Origin: Ascidiella aspersa
Lineage: Eukaryota
Length of the DNA stretch: 64,000 nucleotides
Direction: 5' to 3'
Assembly: GCA_963924565.1 (NCBI GenBank)
Contig: OZ004615.1
Coordinates: forward strand, 15,748,001-15,812,000
Shown: in pieces, positions 63,844-64,000 of the stretch
Numbering within the stretch: position 1 is the first letter of the stretch
Layout: each line of letters begins with the position of its first letter
Notes under the pieces: model-generated
The model's database searches: none
Told to the model about the DNA's origin: nothing
The model's input: the letters and a program-made list of their open reading frames with translations, nothing else
Made by a program: the position numbers and the translations under genes

Positions 63844-64000
63844 CCATAGCACAACAAAAGGCTGTTCTTAAGGCGAACTTAATCGCGGACGAATTAGAAT
63901 TTGATTTCCGGTTAAAATGACCTTTAGCGGTAATTTAAGGTAAATCGCTTAATCTTACCTAATAATGTGGTCTGTGGTTATTCTAATATCTCCCATTTCT

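Overview
This is AT-rich, intron-rich eukaryotic (animal) genomic DNA. Compact introns and dense MITEs suggest a marine invertebrate such as an ascidian, but that is inference. Contents in order: (1) two tandem 8-exon UNC-93-like MFS genes (2308-7281, 12795-17983); (2) an intronless 280-aa gene for an LRRC8/pannexin-like 4-TM pore domain with no LRR domain (22517-21675, minus strand); (3) a 3-exon divergent Rap-like GTPase (31215-36872); (4) the highlight, a gene of at least 17 exons (41998 to beyond 54832) that the ORF track fragments. Spliced by hand, it gives an uninterrupted 1008-codon frame: signal peptide + TSP1 repeat fused to an apparently full-length homologue of the bacterial VioB/RebD/StaD-like family, including the C-terminal ferritin-like (PF12902-type) domain. 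This looks like a domesticated, secreted, horizontally acquired enzyme; its 3' end is lost at a 200-N gap. (5) a decayed Penelope-like retroelement (RT + GIY-YIG) with a minimal hammerhead ribozyme in its 3' pLTR; (6) the first exon of a type II membrane protein, possibly a carbohydrate sulfotransferase. Introns also hold many hAT MITEs with 8-bp TSDs (some nested), a Harbinger MITE, a Helentron-like element and a second hammerhead-bearing fold-back repeat family. Family assignments come from remembered motifs; no database search was run.
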